Shown in pieces: positions 1-11,964 of a stretch of DNA of 64,000 nt. The translations under genes and the position numbers were made by a program. Under the pieces are notes generated by a model. That model was given only the letters and a program-made list of their open reading frames with translations, did no database searches and had not been told where the DNA came from. Each line of letters opens with the position of its first letter. Within the stretch, counting starts at the first letter, position 1. This stretch comes from Octopus vulgaris (lineage: Eukaryota), in assembly GCA_951406725.2 (NCBI GenBank), contig OX597821.1, forward strand, positions 106,206,001 through 106,270,000. The letters run 5' to 3'.

Positions 1-170
1 CACTACAAATTTCTCTCTTTCTTCTTGTTTCTGTTGTACCTGTATTTCGAAGGAGCAAGCTTTGTCACACCCTATGTCACGCTCAATCTTCCCGAGAACT
101 ACGTTAAGTGAACACGTGTCTGTGGAGTACTCAGCCATTTGCACGTTAAATTCACGAGCAGGCAGTTTAT
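1..170 (+). mobile_element. 3' part of a family B SINE
   Basis: cccgagaactacgttaag..acacgtgtctgtggag is shared with 18259-18643 and 21885-22213. Confidence 0.8.
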
Positions 171-240
171 AAAGATCCACACTGATCAATATCTCATCAC
201 TGAATCTGGTTATCGAAAAGTGTGTGGAAGCCCTTTGCAA

Positions 241-275
<35 letters not shown>

Positions 276-277
276 TA

Positions 278-486
278 CAGGAAACCCTCGCATACCGTGG
301 TCCAGTATTAAAAGCTGACATCGATTCCTCCGTAATGTTGTTTTACATTTATATTAAAATAAATACATACAAATTATAAAAATAATAATAATAAATATAC
401 CGTACAGTACTGTTTATACTTCGTGGATTTTCAACTATCGTGGGTGTATTTGGAACGTAACACCCGCGATATTCGAGGGATTACTG
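278..486. mobile_element. MITE, Tigger/pogo-like
   Basis: Imperfect TIRs caggaaaccctcgcataccg and cgcgatattcgagggattactg. The left end follows TA. Confidence 0.6.
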
Positions 487-654
487 GTTGTATATACGTA
501 GCGCGAGGTTGATCGCTCTTGATCGTTAGCTGCCCACATTGTAGCTTTTGACTTTTAGCTACCCATTTTGGATCACTAAGTTTTACTTGAACCGTCCACA
601 CCTTTAACGTGATGAAATAGCCTAGCGTCTGTTCATCAGCTATAAAATAAGAAC

Positions 655-798
655 ATTATTTACATTTGACGGATATTTGTCTTGATCTTTTTTTGTTATT
701 AACAGAACGTTTTGGCTGATATACCCTCCATCAGGTGTCTTGGGGAAATTTTGAACCTGGGTTCTCATTCCTAAGTTATTTTTCGATGTTGTTGCTGC

Positions 799-867
<69 letters not shown>

Positions 868-1290
868 GATTATTATTATTATTATTATTATTACTATTAC
901 CGGAAATCGTACTCGGTATCTTGGGGTTAGTAGCCTGCGCTCTTAACCACTATGGCTCGTGGGCAATCATGGAGTGAATTTTAGGGCTTATAAATCTAAA
1001 ATTTTTCTATTTTTCCTTAATACCGGTTCCCATATGTTATTTATATCTGCACTCGGTCTGCTTAGGAGGTTGTTGTATCCTAGCATATGTGCTGCATCTT
1101 TTTCGTATTTTCCACTGGTGTTCTCTGTCTATTATTTTAACTTCACCCCACAGGGATGTTTCAATATCTCCTCGTGTCACAGCTTTGCGATGTTCGTCTA
1201 CCCTTATTTTGACGTATCGGCATGTGTCGCCTTTGTATAAACTGCCACAGCTGCATGGGATGGAATAGATAGAACTTGCTTTCTATCTTA
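655..1290 (-). mobile_element. Penelope-like element remnant: GIY-YIG endonuclease C-terminus plus pLTR
   Basis: Minus strand reads YSIPCSCGSLYKGDTCR..KIRVDEHRKAV..EVKIIDREHQWKIRK..AAHMLGYNNLLSRPS. A broken CTGATG..AAACGTT hammerhead remnant lies near 700-740. Confidence 0.8.
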
Positions 1291-2219
1291 TGCCCAAAAA
1301 GTTTTTTATCTCATTATACCTTTTATTATTTCATATATTTTTATATTTTCACACATAATAATTTTTTCTGTACTCTTCCATCCTGCATTTTTTCCTGTGC
1401 CTATATAGACGTGTATATAGATTTATTTGTACATGTGTGTGAATATGTATGAGTGGTCGGGCGTGTATGTATATAGATGTGTGCGTGTGTGCAGGCATAA
1501 GAATACATATATATATAGACGTTTTTACTTGGTATTTTTACAATTTTTTAAGGGATTTTTGGGGGAGGGGGCATATGTATATTCCTTTTTGGTGTATGCG
1601 TGTGCGTGTATGCGTATATAAATATGTGCGGGTATGTACATATATGGGCGTGTGTGTGTATGAGTACATAAGGGCATGTCCGTATATGAACGTGGTTTTT
1701 ATGCTTTGTATACTTCCTTATGTTTTTTTCTGTATTGTTACCTTTAACCACGTTTTTTCTTGTGCTTGTGCGTATATAGACGTATGTATGAACTTTTACG
1801 GTACGCGTGTGTGTGTATGAGTTTGTATATATATGCGTATACATTTGGCGAAAAATGCGAGTGAAGATGTGTACGTTTTCATAGTGACGTATTACTACGC
1901 ACCTGGGTCCGCGAGCGCACATGTAAGCGTATGAGTAGCCATGTTTACGTGTTTACTATGAACATTTAATCTTAATTTATATAAGTAGCGGAATTATAAC
2001 ACAGTAATTTCCCTTTATATAACGGTATTTTTTCATAGCGTTTTTCAGATGGCCAGATAACCGAAGAGACGGTGTTGTGGATTTCCACTTCGGCATCTGA
2101 AATTCAGAGTTTTATCTTGACTATTGTATAATGGTAACATTAATTTACAGATACATTTCCTCTATTTACATAATATTGAGGTCTCTTCCTTTCTTTTGTT
2201 ATCTTACCGTTTTGACCAA

Positions 2220-2220
<1 letters not shown>
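1290..2220 (+). mobile_element. Probable Penelope-like 3' or pLTR-derived sequence with a hammerhead-like motif at 2055-2117
   Basis: agataa-CCGAAGA...GAAA-ttcagag-TT-ttatct (6-bp stem I). It ends at a (TA)n tract. Confidence 0.5.
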
Positions 2221-2263
<43 letters not shown>

Positions 2264-2479
2264 CCCGTACATACACATAAGAGGTACGTTATTGGCCAGT
2301 TCATTGGCAGGCTGTGATAATAAGTTTAAGTGTGTATATTCGAATTAATTCGCATGCTGTTAAAAAATATATATTCTGCTATGCCTATAATCGCAGACTG
2401 CACATGAACTGGCAAAACCTATAACTTCTGTATGTATGTTCGTTATTGTTTATATCCCATGTGCTGCTCCTCATTTAAT

Positions 2480-2528
<49 letters not shown>

Positions 2529-2529
2529 A

Positions 2530-3140
2530 TGGCTTTTTATTGTACAAAATTAAAATCTTTGGGATCTGGACATTCGATGATGTTTTGTCTCAGGTTCTTC
2601 CCTATATAACATCCAACAGTAGTCAGCTAACATTCCTGCATTCCAAAATCCTTGATATCGTTGTCCCATCGATGCAATATCTTGATGAAAGCGTTATCCT
2701 TGCTCATCAGACACTGCTCTAAGGCTTTCTGCAAAAAAGTCCAAATGTGAATCAAGGAAATGGACTTTTAGTGGCATCCGACATCTCATTGCAGCGTAGG
2801 AGTCTAGAAGACAATTCACACCATTTCTAAACTCTAGAGATCCCTTGTTGCCTAGGAAATCTTCACAGAGTCATTTGAAGGATTCACAAGCCTTAAGCTT
2901 AATTTCATCCAATGCTGTGAGGAAGTGGTTGTCCTTCAGGTGTTCATTTATCTGCGGACCTATGAATACACCCTCCTTCAGATTTTCCCCGGTGATTTTT
3001 GGAAATTTGGCCTCCAAATATTCAAAACTTTTGGAGCCTTTCCTGACGAGTGTCTTCATGAATTGTTTCATGAGGACAAACTTTATGTGAAAAGGTGGAA
3101 GAAGAACATTTTCAGGGTTTAAAAGCGGCTCACTCTGGAC
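2530..3140 (-). pseudogene. DNA transposase remnant, probably Chapaev3/CMC-like
   Basis: MKQFMKTL...FEYLEAKFPK...KEGVFIGPQI and MPLKVHFLDSHLDFF.ESL.AVSDEQG*RFHQDI..M.QRYQG.W....LADYCW. The superfamily assignment is from memory of the motif and was not searched. Confidence 0.7.
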
Positions 3141-3282
3141 TCTAGAACTTATATGATATTCGCAAACGCCACTCTGAGTTAGATAGGATACAAAATAGGG
3201 AGGGAGAAAATAGATGTATGATATGTAGGGATAATGAAGTTGTAGATCCAGTTTTTAGACAGAATGGTATATATGTAAGATT

Positions 3283-3680
3283 CGTGGTAAGTGGCTTGCT
3301 TACCAACCACATGTTTCCGGGTTCAGTCTCCCTGCGTGGTATCTTGGGCAAGTGTTTTCTGCTATAGGCTCGGGCCGACTAATGCGTTGTGAGTGGATTT
3401 GGTAGACGGAAACTGAAAGAAGCCTTTCGTATATATGTATATATATATATGTGTGTGTGTGTGTGTATGTTTGTGTGTCTGTGTTTGTCCCCCCTAGCAT
3501 TGCTTGACAACCGATGCTGGTGTGATTATGTCCCCGTCACTTAGCGGTTCGGCAAAAAAGACCGTTAGAATAATTACTGGTCTTACGAAAAATAAGTCCC
3601 GGGGTCGATTTGCTCGACTAAAGGCGGTGCTCCAGCATGGCCGCAGTCAAATGACTGAAACGAGTAAGAGAGTAAAGAGA
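3283..3680 (+). mobile_element. tRNA-derived SINE family A with an internal (TA)n(TG)n tract
   Basis: tggtaagt.gcttgcttaccaaccacatg..ccgggttcagtc head, gtgagtggatttggtagacggaaactgaaagaagcc core and taaaagag-type tail. Confidence 0.85.
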
Positions 3681-3754
<74 letters not shown>

Positions 3755-3886
3755 CTTGCTAGCTAGCTAGATAGATAGATAGATAGATAGATAAGTAGGT
3801 ATATTATATATAAATATATATATAAGATTTACGGCGATGTACTTGCATAGCGGGTGACTTGATCTGAGGACGTGTGCTGGAACGAA

Positions 3887-4162
3887 AACAATTGCAGCGT
3901 GGAAGGTGTTTATAAGCCATTTAAGAAACACACAAAAACCGTTAGATTCACTTCAACATTTAAATTTAATTTGTAAAAATATCTTAGTCGCTTTGAGACC
4001 GCGACCTGTGTGAGATGCAGCACGGAATTTTATTAGTGAGCAGGTCGCGGTCTCAAAGCGACGAAAATATTTTGACAAATTAAATTTAAATGTTGAAGTG
4101 AATCTAACGGTTTTTGTGTGTTTCTTAGATGGCTTATAAACACCTTCCACGCTGCAATTGTT
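3887..4162. repeat. Inverted repeat, arms about 122 bp, loop about 32 nt (Penelope-like pLTR hairpin)
   Basis: aacaattgcagcgtggaagg...gcgacctg pairs with caggtcgc...ccttccacgctgcaattgtt with few mismatches. Confidence 0.9.
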
Positions 4163-5799
4163 ATATATAAGATATTTGAAGTTATATTGCAAGGTAGTGT
4201 AAAACCAGTGTCTATACTAAAAGAATGTTGCTCAAGGTATTTTGCAGCGGGACCGAACCAGAAATCTTGTGGTAGCAACGCGTACTTCTTAATCACACAG
4301 CCATGCCAGTGCCTATAAGAAGTCTTTCTTGGCGTAAACCGCCCATGAAACGATTTTGTCAGAAGTTTCATAATTATAGACACGATCCTCTGCATTTTTA
4401 TTGTTGACACGGTGTATAAAACTATTTATTTTTTGAGAAGGTATTTGCATATTTTATGATATAGAATTCAATGATAACAGATTTATTAAGACAAGTGTCA
4501 GTTACTCCTTCACCTGATCGACCTCATCATTTGTCGGTATTAGAAAGAACTAAGAAGATTTCCGTGTCATTCCATGATGACGTTCATTTTTATCTGTTTG
4601 ATGATCGTTGGTGAGGTGTGAATCTAGCCTCATGAATATTCCATTCCCTTAAACATTCAAACAATCTTTTTCTTGCAAATTGAGTGTCAAGATGATTATG
4701 TACAAAGCTTAGAACGGAGAAAAATAAAGGATAATGAGAAGCAGCGTTGCATAACGCCCTGAATAATTGCATTCCCCTATGCAAATGAGAAAATATAATG
4801 CGCAAATTTATCCAGTGTTCTCAAAGTGCAAACGCTACCCATTTTCTAAATGGTTATTAAATGATAGTCACTGTTAACTGTGTAAGTTGGTCCAGCGCAT
4901 TGCAATATTGATGAAGGATTAAACTCACATATATATCACACAACCTAATTTTAACCTTAACATACTATCTTAATCAATTATTATAATTTGTGGTACATGT
5001 CGGGCAAGTATTTTCAGTTGTGTTGAAACTAAAACAATGACAGCGTGAAAACTATTCAAAAAACACAAGTATAAGCCATTCTAAAAGACAAATTCTACTA
5101 ACTTCACTTAAAGTTTCACTACTTGGTGTCAAAATCTTCGTCGCACTAACTGCGACCTCGTAATGGACCTGATTTCAGAGCACGGTATGTTACAGACTTT
5201 GTGTAATTTTAAGTAGTTAATATTTGTCTTCCACGATGTATTACCAACGTAACAACGATGCCAAGCTTTGTAATTTAAGAGGAATCCTATGAAAAAAAAA
5301 CTATTGCATTTTTTCAGTTTAGATTAAAGTTATGCTCTCTGTTTTCAAAAGTTTATTTTATCGATCCTGGACAGATGCAAAGTAAAGATGGCCTCTAGAG
5401 GTTTTAAACTCAAGTTACAAAGAACCGGAAAGAAATGCAGCATGACAGTTTAGGAATTTTGCTTTCATTTGAACATCACTCTTTTACTCCTTTAGTTATT
5501 TCACTCATTTTGACAGCGGCAATGCTGGAGCCCCGCCTTTAGTCAAGTAAATCGACTCTAGGACTTATTCTTTGTGAGCCTAGTACTTATTGTGACTGTT
5601 GACGTTTGGTGAAACTGTGTGGCGGTTCAAACTTTTGCCCATTTCTGAATCTGAAAGTGTTTGAGAATTTCTTTAAACCGTATTTCTTGGTTTTATGAGA
5701 TTATCTTGTTATAAAAGTCACTAAAGTTGTCGACTCCTTTGTTACTCGCTCCACAGAATGGAATTTTAGAAAAGACAAAATATACAAAATATATAGTAT

Positions 5800-5965
5800 A
5801 GGCGAAGGAGTGGCTGTGTGGTAAGTAGCTTGCTTACCAACCACATGGTTCTGGGTTCAATCCCACTGCGTAGCAACTTGGGCAAGTCTCTTCTACTATA
5901 GCCTCGGGTCGACAAATGCCTTGTGAGTGGATTTGTTAGACGGAAACTGAAAGAAGCCCATCGTA

Positions 5966-6002
<37 letters not shown>

Positions 6003-6140
6003 AAATATATATATGTGTGTGTGTGTTTGTGTGTTTGTGTGTCCGTTTTGGTCCCCCCCTCAACAAAATCGCTTGACAACCGATGCTGGTGTGTTTACGC
6101 CCCCGTAACTTTGCGATTAGGCAAAAGATACCGATAAATT
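5800..6140 (+). mobile_element. SINE family A
   Basis: Same head and core as 3283-3680. Confidence 0.85.
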
Positions 6141-6457
6141 ACACAGACAGATCCAGCAAAACACGTATATTTGACATATGCAAGGTCTCATGCAAGGGTT
6201 TCAGTATTTTTACAGAATATGAAATTCCTATATTTCTGGGAGTACACTAAATTGAACGTACGCGTGCACACAAACACACACACATACATACAAATATTAA
6301 TTAAATGAAGAACGATGGTTTCAAATGGTGGTACTAGGCTAGACATTTTCGTGTGGGAGGGGGGCGATTATATTGACCCAAATGCTCAAATGTTACTTAT
6401 TTTATCGAGTCCGAAAGGATAAATGGCAATAGTCATAATAATGATGGTGATTATAAA

Positions 6458-6564
<107 letters not shown>

Positions 6565-6571
6565 GAGGATT

Positions 6572-6603
<32 letters not shown>

Positions 6604-7299
6604 AAACAAACATAATTTTCGTATGATTTTTTAGACATTCATTAGTACAACACTAAGTACAAAACCATATATACGGCACCCTAGGCATAACGCCAACACG
6701 AACTTCCAATCTGTTGTCTCATTAGGTCACTGGGTGAGACTTGGAGCCAGCTTATGTAAATGTAAATAAAGCAAATGTCAAACATTGAATAATAATAGTA
6801 AATATAATAATAGTAATAATGAGAACAGGATCAATCGATGAAAACAAATAACTTGAGGGAAAATATATATGGAGAAAATGATTTAGAAAAATATAGAGCC
6901 TTATGGGACTTGGAAATTGGAACTTGACAGTGGTAAACCTTTTGATAGGCTACCCCAAGTTGGCCCAGGAAGAACATAAAAGATGGAGGTACAACCTGGT
7001 TATAAATGTTGTCCACTGGAATCTGTGCCAACTTGTGTAAGGTTTAAATTTTTTTTATATGTCTGTAGTAAGGAAATCCATGCATCTCCCTCATAAAATA
7101 AAATATTTCTGTACACTTATTTTAATTTACAAACAGATACAATGTTCATTGCATAGAAGATTTGAAAGTTTTCGAAGAGTAATTGCAACCTCACATATTC
7201 TGACATTGATTGCGTCTTCAAGATTACTCTTAAATTTTATTGTCAGAATAGATAAGAAGTTCACTTTACGGTACAAAGTAATAGAAAAAAATGGTTATT

Positions 7300-7820
7300 T
7301 GAAGCTGGGGCCACATGGTACTACCACTGAGTCTAAAGAGTACAAAGTCGGAGCAATCTAAGGTTTTGTGGGACTTTCCTATTCAAACAGACAAGAAATT
7401 AGAAAACAATAGTACACAAATAACGAGTATAGATAAAGAAGAGCGAAGTTACTTTCTTATCGACCCATCATGCCCGTTTGATTTCAGGATCATTAAGACA
7501 GATAAAGAAGAAAAAAATACAATCCCTTACTATTTGAAATAGGAAGGATTTGGGGAATGCGCACAGTAATGTTCGTGCTTATAATAACTGCTGCGGTTGG
7601 TACAGTAAGCAAAGATATACACAAATGGCTGAAGTAGATTGAAATAGGATTCCCGATAGAACTCTTATAGAAATGTTGTTTCTTAGGGAAAGCAAGGATT
7701 ATCAGGAGTGTTCTAAGCACTTGAAAAACTGCTGTAAACTTTTGGATACCTAAGATAACAGATAGTAACCCGCTATCCACATAGTTCCTACCTGGAATAA
7801 GACCGAGCCTGAACCAAAGC
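7300..7820 (+). mobile_element. Degenerate R4-like RLE 3' fragment
   Basis: KVLWDFPIQTDK, FLIDPSCPFD and LGKARIIRSVL remnants with stops and frameshifts. Confidence 0.75.
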
Positions 7821-8055
7821 AAAATTATGATAATAGTTATATAATAAGATTATGCACTGTTGCTCTTCATATGTGATCATCAGGTCGTGCACATATGGTT
7901 GCGATGCATGTACCTGGTGCACCCTTAACAGACGGGTAGTGATGATGGATATATTGTGCTTCGTATATTTGTACTCCCAGCGTCACTAAGATAGCGTGCG
8001 TTGTTTCTCACACAATAATAATGATAATAGTAAGAATAGTAATAATAATAATAAT

Positions 8056-8585
8056 AGTTAGTTAGTTAGTTAGTTAGTTAATTTGGCTCAAAAGCAAATA
8101 GCAAGGCCATGTAGGGGGACATGGAGTTAAGTACAGGGTGGTGTTCATGTAAAGAGTTCAGGCCACTTGAGGTCCAGGGAGGCTTTGAACAAAGCGGTCG
8201 TCGGCATCTTCACCATCTCGTCTGGCAGCTTGTTCCACGGATCCGCAACCCGGACGGAGAAAGCTCCTCTCCTTCGATTGAGTTGAAATCGTCGCAGGTA
8301 GAGCTTTTCGGAATGACCCCGCAGCCGACGCTCCGGAGCAGGAGTGAAGAACAGCTCTTTCGAGAGGTTACACTTCCCGCTTATGATGTTGTGGGCGAGA
8401 ATGAGATCACCACGGCGGCGGCGTTTTTCAAGAGAATAAAGGTCGAGCGTCCTCAGCCTTTCTTCGTAGGACAAATTTTTGAGACCATGAACCAGGCGGG
8501 TAGCCAGACTCTGGACTCTTTCGAGGTGCTGTATGTCTTTGAGGAGATAAGGAGAAGAGGCTTGAATCCCATACTCCAAATAGTA
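8056..8585 (-). mobile_element. CR1-clade LINE 3' end with (CTAA)n tail
   Basis: LEYGIQASSPY..LERVQ.LATRLV.GL..LSYEERL..LDLYSLE.RR.RGDLI is the typical CR1 C-terminus. (agtt)n at 8056-8080 is the tail on the minus strand. Confidence 0.88.
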
Positions 8586-8635
8586 GTGCAGCAGCAGCAG
8601 CAGTAGCGATAGTAGTAGTAGTAGTAGTAGTAGTG

Positions 8636-8692
<57 letters not shown>

Positions 8693-8875
8693 ATACTACG
8701 TGGAACAAATAGGGGCTGCAATAAGGGTGGAGCACTTGCAGAAAACAGCACTGCTTGGAACCGCTCGAATACCCCAGAAAGTGCTGGAAAATAAGAGATG
8801 TTACCTAAGTTCAGTGGTAGTGAACAGCTGACAACGTAGTACATCTCCAGCGTTAGACGTTGTGCAAAGGCAATG
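8693..8875 (+). mobile_element. Short 3' end of another R4-like family
   Basis: Remnant VEHLQKTALLGTARI plus 3' UTR, followed by (AAT)n. Confidence 0.7.
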
Positions 8876-9309
8876 ATAACTACAACAATAACAATAATAA
8901 TAATAATAATAATAATAACGAAGGTAATGATAATGATGATAATGATGATAATGATACTGGTGATGTTGATGATGAACATGATGGTCATCACATCAAATTT
9001 GTAGGATAAGTGTTTTCAGCAGAGAATTTAAAAAAGAAAGAAAGCGATTCAAAATAAAAGCTGCATTTATTTGCAACTGATGCGCGATTGTAATTTGGAT
9101 CCATACTTGTATTTTGCTACGATATCACGACGAGGACTATGATGGTTTTCATTTTGCTTCGTATTGGACAAATATGTCTGTTGGTTCCTGAATAAAGGGG
9201 GTTTTTTTCATTTAAATGCAGTATGACATAATTTACGCCACTCAGATCGATCTGCGCAATAACTGCGCCAAGATATTAAATTATGCTGTAGGGATTTTAG
9301 TCATTGTTT

Positions 9310-9530
9310 CAACCTACCTTTAGACCTAAGGTTGGGTCTTCCCGCTGAATCCTTCTACCTGTTGGCCGTACAAAAGATCATCTTACATTCAAACAATATG
9401 TCCTGCCCATTTCAATGAAATCTCAACACCATGCTTTCGATCTTGAGGATGCCTCTTGACCCTAAAATTTTGACAATCGATATCTCATCTTCCCATTTTA
9501 TGTTGCAGATATTGCGCAGAGAGCACATAT
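9310..9530 (-). mobile_element. RTE-clade LINE 3' fragment
   Basis: Minus-strand remnant LRNICNIKWED...LKWAGHIV...GRP. Confidence 0.6.
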
Positions 9531-10013
9531 GTAAGGTTTAAATTTTGTTTATCTGTCTCTAGTAAGGAAATCCATGCTTCTCCCTCGTATAGAAATGTGC
9601 CCAAAATACAAGATTTTTGTCACTTATTTTCATTTACAAACTGACACCATGTTCATTTCACACAAGATTCGGAAGTTTTCGAAGACTACTTGTAGCCACA
9701 GATGTTCTAACTTTGGCTGCGTCATCAAGAATACTCTTAAATTTTAATGTCAGAATAGCTACAAACTAATAAAAAAAACAATACTAGTTATGAAAAATGA
9801 CTGCAGATGGTTTACCTCAGTTGTCCTTTTGTCAAGTTTGGTTTAACAATTACAAAAACAATATTTCAGCAGACGGATAAATATAAAAACACCTGGAAGC
9901 ATTTTCGATTTGGCAGCTGACAAATGCTGACACTCTGTCATAATTAAGAACAAAATTACAGTAATGTTAGATTAACCAGAGCTCACAAAATGGTATCATA
10001 ATAACTGTAATAC

Positions 10014-10090
<77 letters not shown>

Positions 10091-10092
<2 letters not shown>

Positions 10093-11089
10093 AAATACAA
10101 ACAAGAAATCATACCACCTAATAAACACAAAGAAGAAGAAGAAGATGATGAAGAAACAACAAAAGCTATAAAACAAATGAAATCCAAACTAAAAATAGAA
10201 CAGCAACGAGCCATGATAAAACGATGGCAAGAAAAGCCCCTTCATGGTAAATACTGCACTAAACTAAACGCAAAAGAAATAGACAAAGAAAAATCCCAGC
10301 AATGGTTGAGAAGCTCAGGGCTCAAAGCAGAGACAGAGGGATTTTGAATTGCAGCACAAGACCAAAGCCTCCCCACCAGAAATTACCAAAAACATGTAAT
10401 GAAAAGAAATATTATAAGTAACTGCAGAATATGTGGAGATGGACAAGAAACAATAAATCATATTATCTCTAGCTGCCCAGTCCTGGCTAAGAAGGAATAT
10501 ATTCACAGACATGACAGAGTTGGAACCTACATACATTGGAAGCTATGCCAACATTATGGAATAACAACAGAAAAAAGATGGTATAGAAAAACACCAGAAA
10601 AGGTCACAGAAAACGAGAAAGCAACCATACTCTGGGATATGCCGATACACACAGATAGAGAAATTAAGGCCAACAGACCAGATATAGTTGTCAGAGATCA
10701 TGAAGAAAAAAATGCTTTCTAATTGATGTATCAATACCGACAGATGACAACGTGTCTCTAAAAGAAATGGAGAAACTCTCAAAATACAAAGACCTGGAAA
10801 TAGAGGTAACTAGAATGTGGAACCTGAAAACAGAAACAATTCCTATCATAGTAGGTGCATTAGGCATGATAAAAAAATATTCAGACAAATACATAACAAA
10901 AACACCAGGAGTTACAAACACATATAACATACAGAAAATTGCACTACTAGGCACTGCACACATCCTACGCAGAACACTTTCCATACAATAACCATCAGAG
11001 CATCACAACAAATCACAGCACATACCCAAGGCACACAGAGCTGCGCTCGGTAGTGAAGTGAAAGCCCGCTATAAAAATAAAACTACCGA
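10091..11089 (+). mobile_element. 5'-truncated R4-like retrotransposon (second family), pseudogenised
   Basis: CRIC..ETINHIISSC and RPDIVV RLE motifs. Relative to the near-identical 16027-17310 copy it has a premature TGA near 10345 and a frameshift in the A-run near 10706. Flanked by (TAA)n on both sides. Confidence 0.9.
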
Positions 11090-11169
11090 ATAATAATAAT
11101 AATAATAACAATAATAATAATAATAACAGGAGTTCCAAGAAAAACTGAATTAAAAAGAACAGCAACAAG

Positions 11170-11630
11170 CATAATGGTTTGAAAATTTTGCCACAAGAGT
11201 AGTAGTTTTAGGGTGGGTGGATATTGGGTTACATCGACCCCAATTATTGACTGATACTTAACTTATCGACCCCGAAAGGTTGAAAAGCAAAATCGACCAT
11301 GGACGAATATGGACGCATAACTTATCGGCAGACGAAATACTGCTAAGCATTTCGTTCAGCGCGCTAGCGATTCGGCCGCCTTAACCACAGCAATAATAAT
11401 AATAATTTTAAAACTAATCCTTTATATTATAGGCACAAGGCCTGAAATTTGATGGGGAGCAGTTAAGTCCATTACATCGACCCCACTGCGCAACTGTTAC
11501 TTATATCATCGACTCCGAAAGGATGAAGAGCAATGTCGACCTCTGCGGGATTTGAACTCAGAACACGAATACGGATGAAATAGCGCTAAGCCTTTCGCCC
11601 AGCATGCTAAAGATTCTGTCCACTCGGCGC
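11170..11630 (-). mobile_element. Two older SINE copies (family C); further fragments near 5340, 6330, 17850 and 20740
   Basis: Recurring tacatcgacccc...tatcgaccccgaaaggatgaa...gtcgacctc..cggaatttgaactcagaac motif. Confidence 0.7.
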
Positions 11631-11653
11631 GTTCATAATAATAGTAATACCTG

Positions 11654-11729
<76 letters not shown>

Positions 11730-11964
11730 GGACAGTCAGCCAGCCAACCACCAAGCCAGCCAACGAGACAGACAGACACTACTGTGATGGTGATAATGAT
11801 AAAAAAACAAAAATAACAATAATAAGATACTGCTGTGACTACACATAAAACAATATCATTGATGATGATGGTTGTGATGGTGATGGTGATGATGATAATG
11901 ATGATGGTAATGGTGGTGATAATGATGATAGTGATAATAATGGTGATGATAATAACAATAATAA

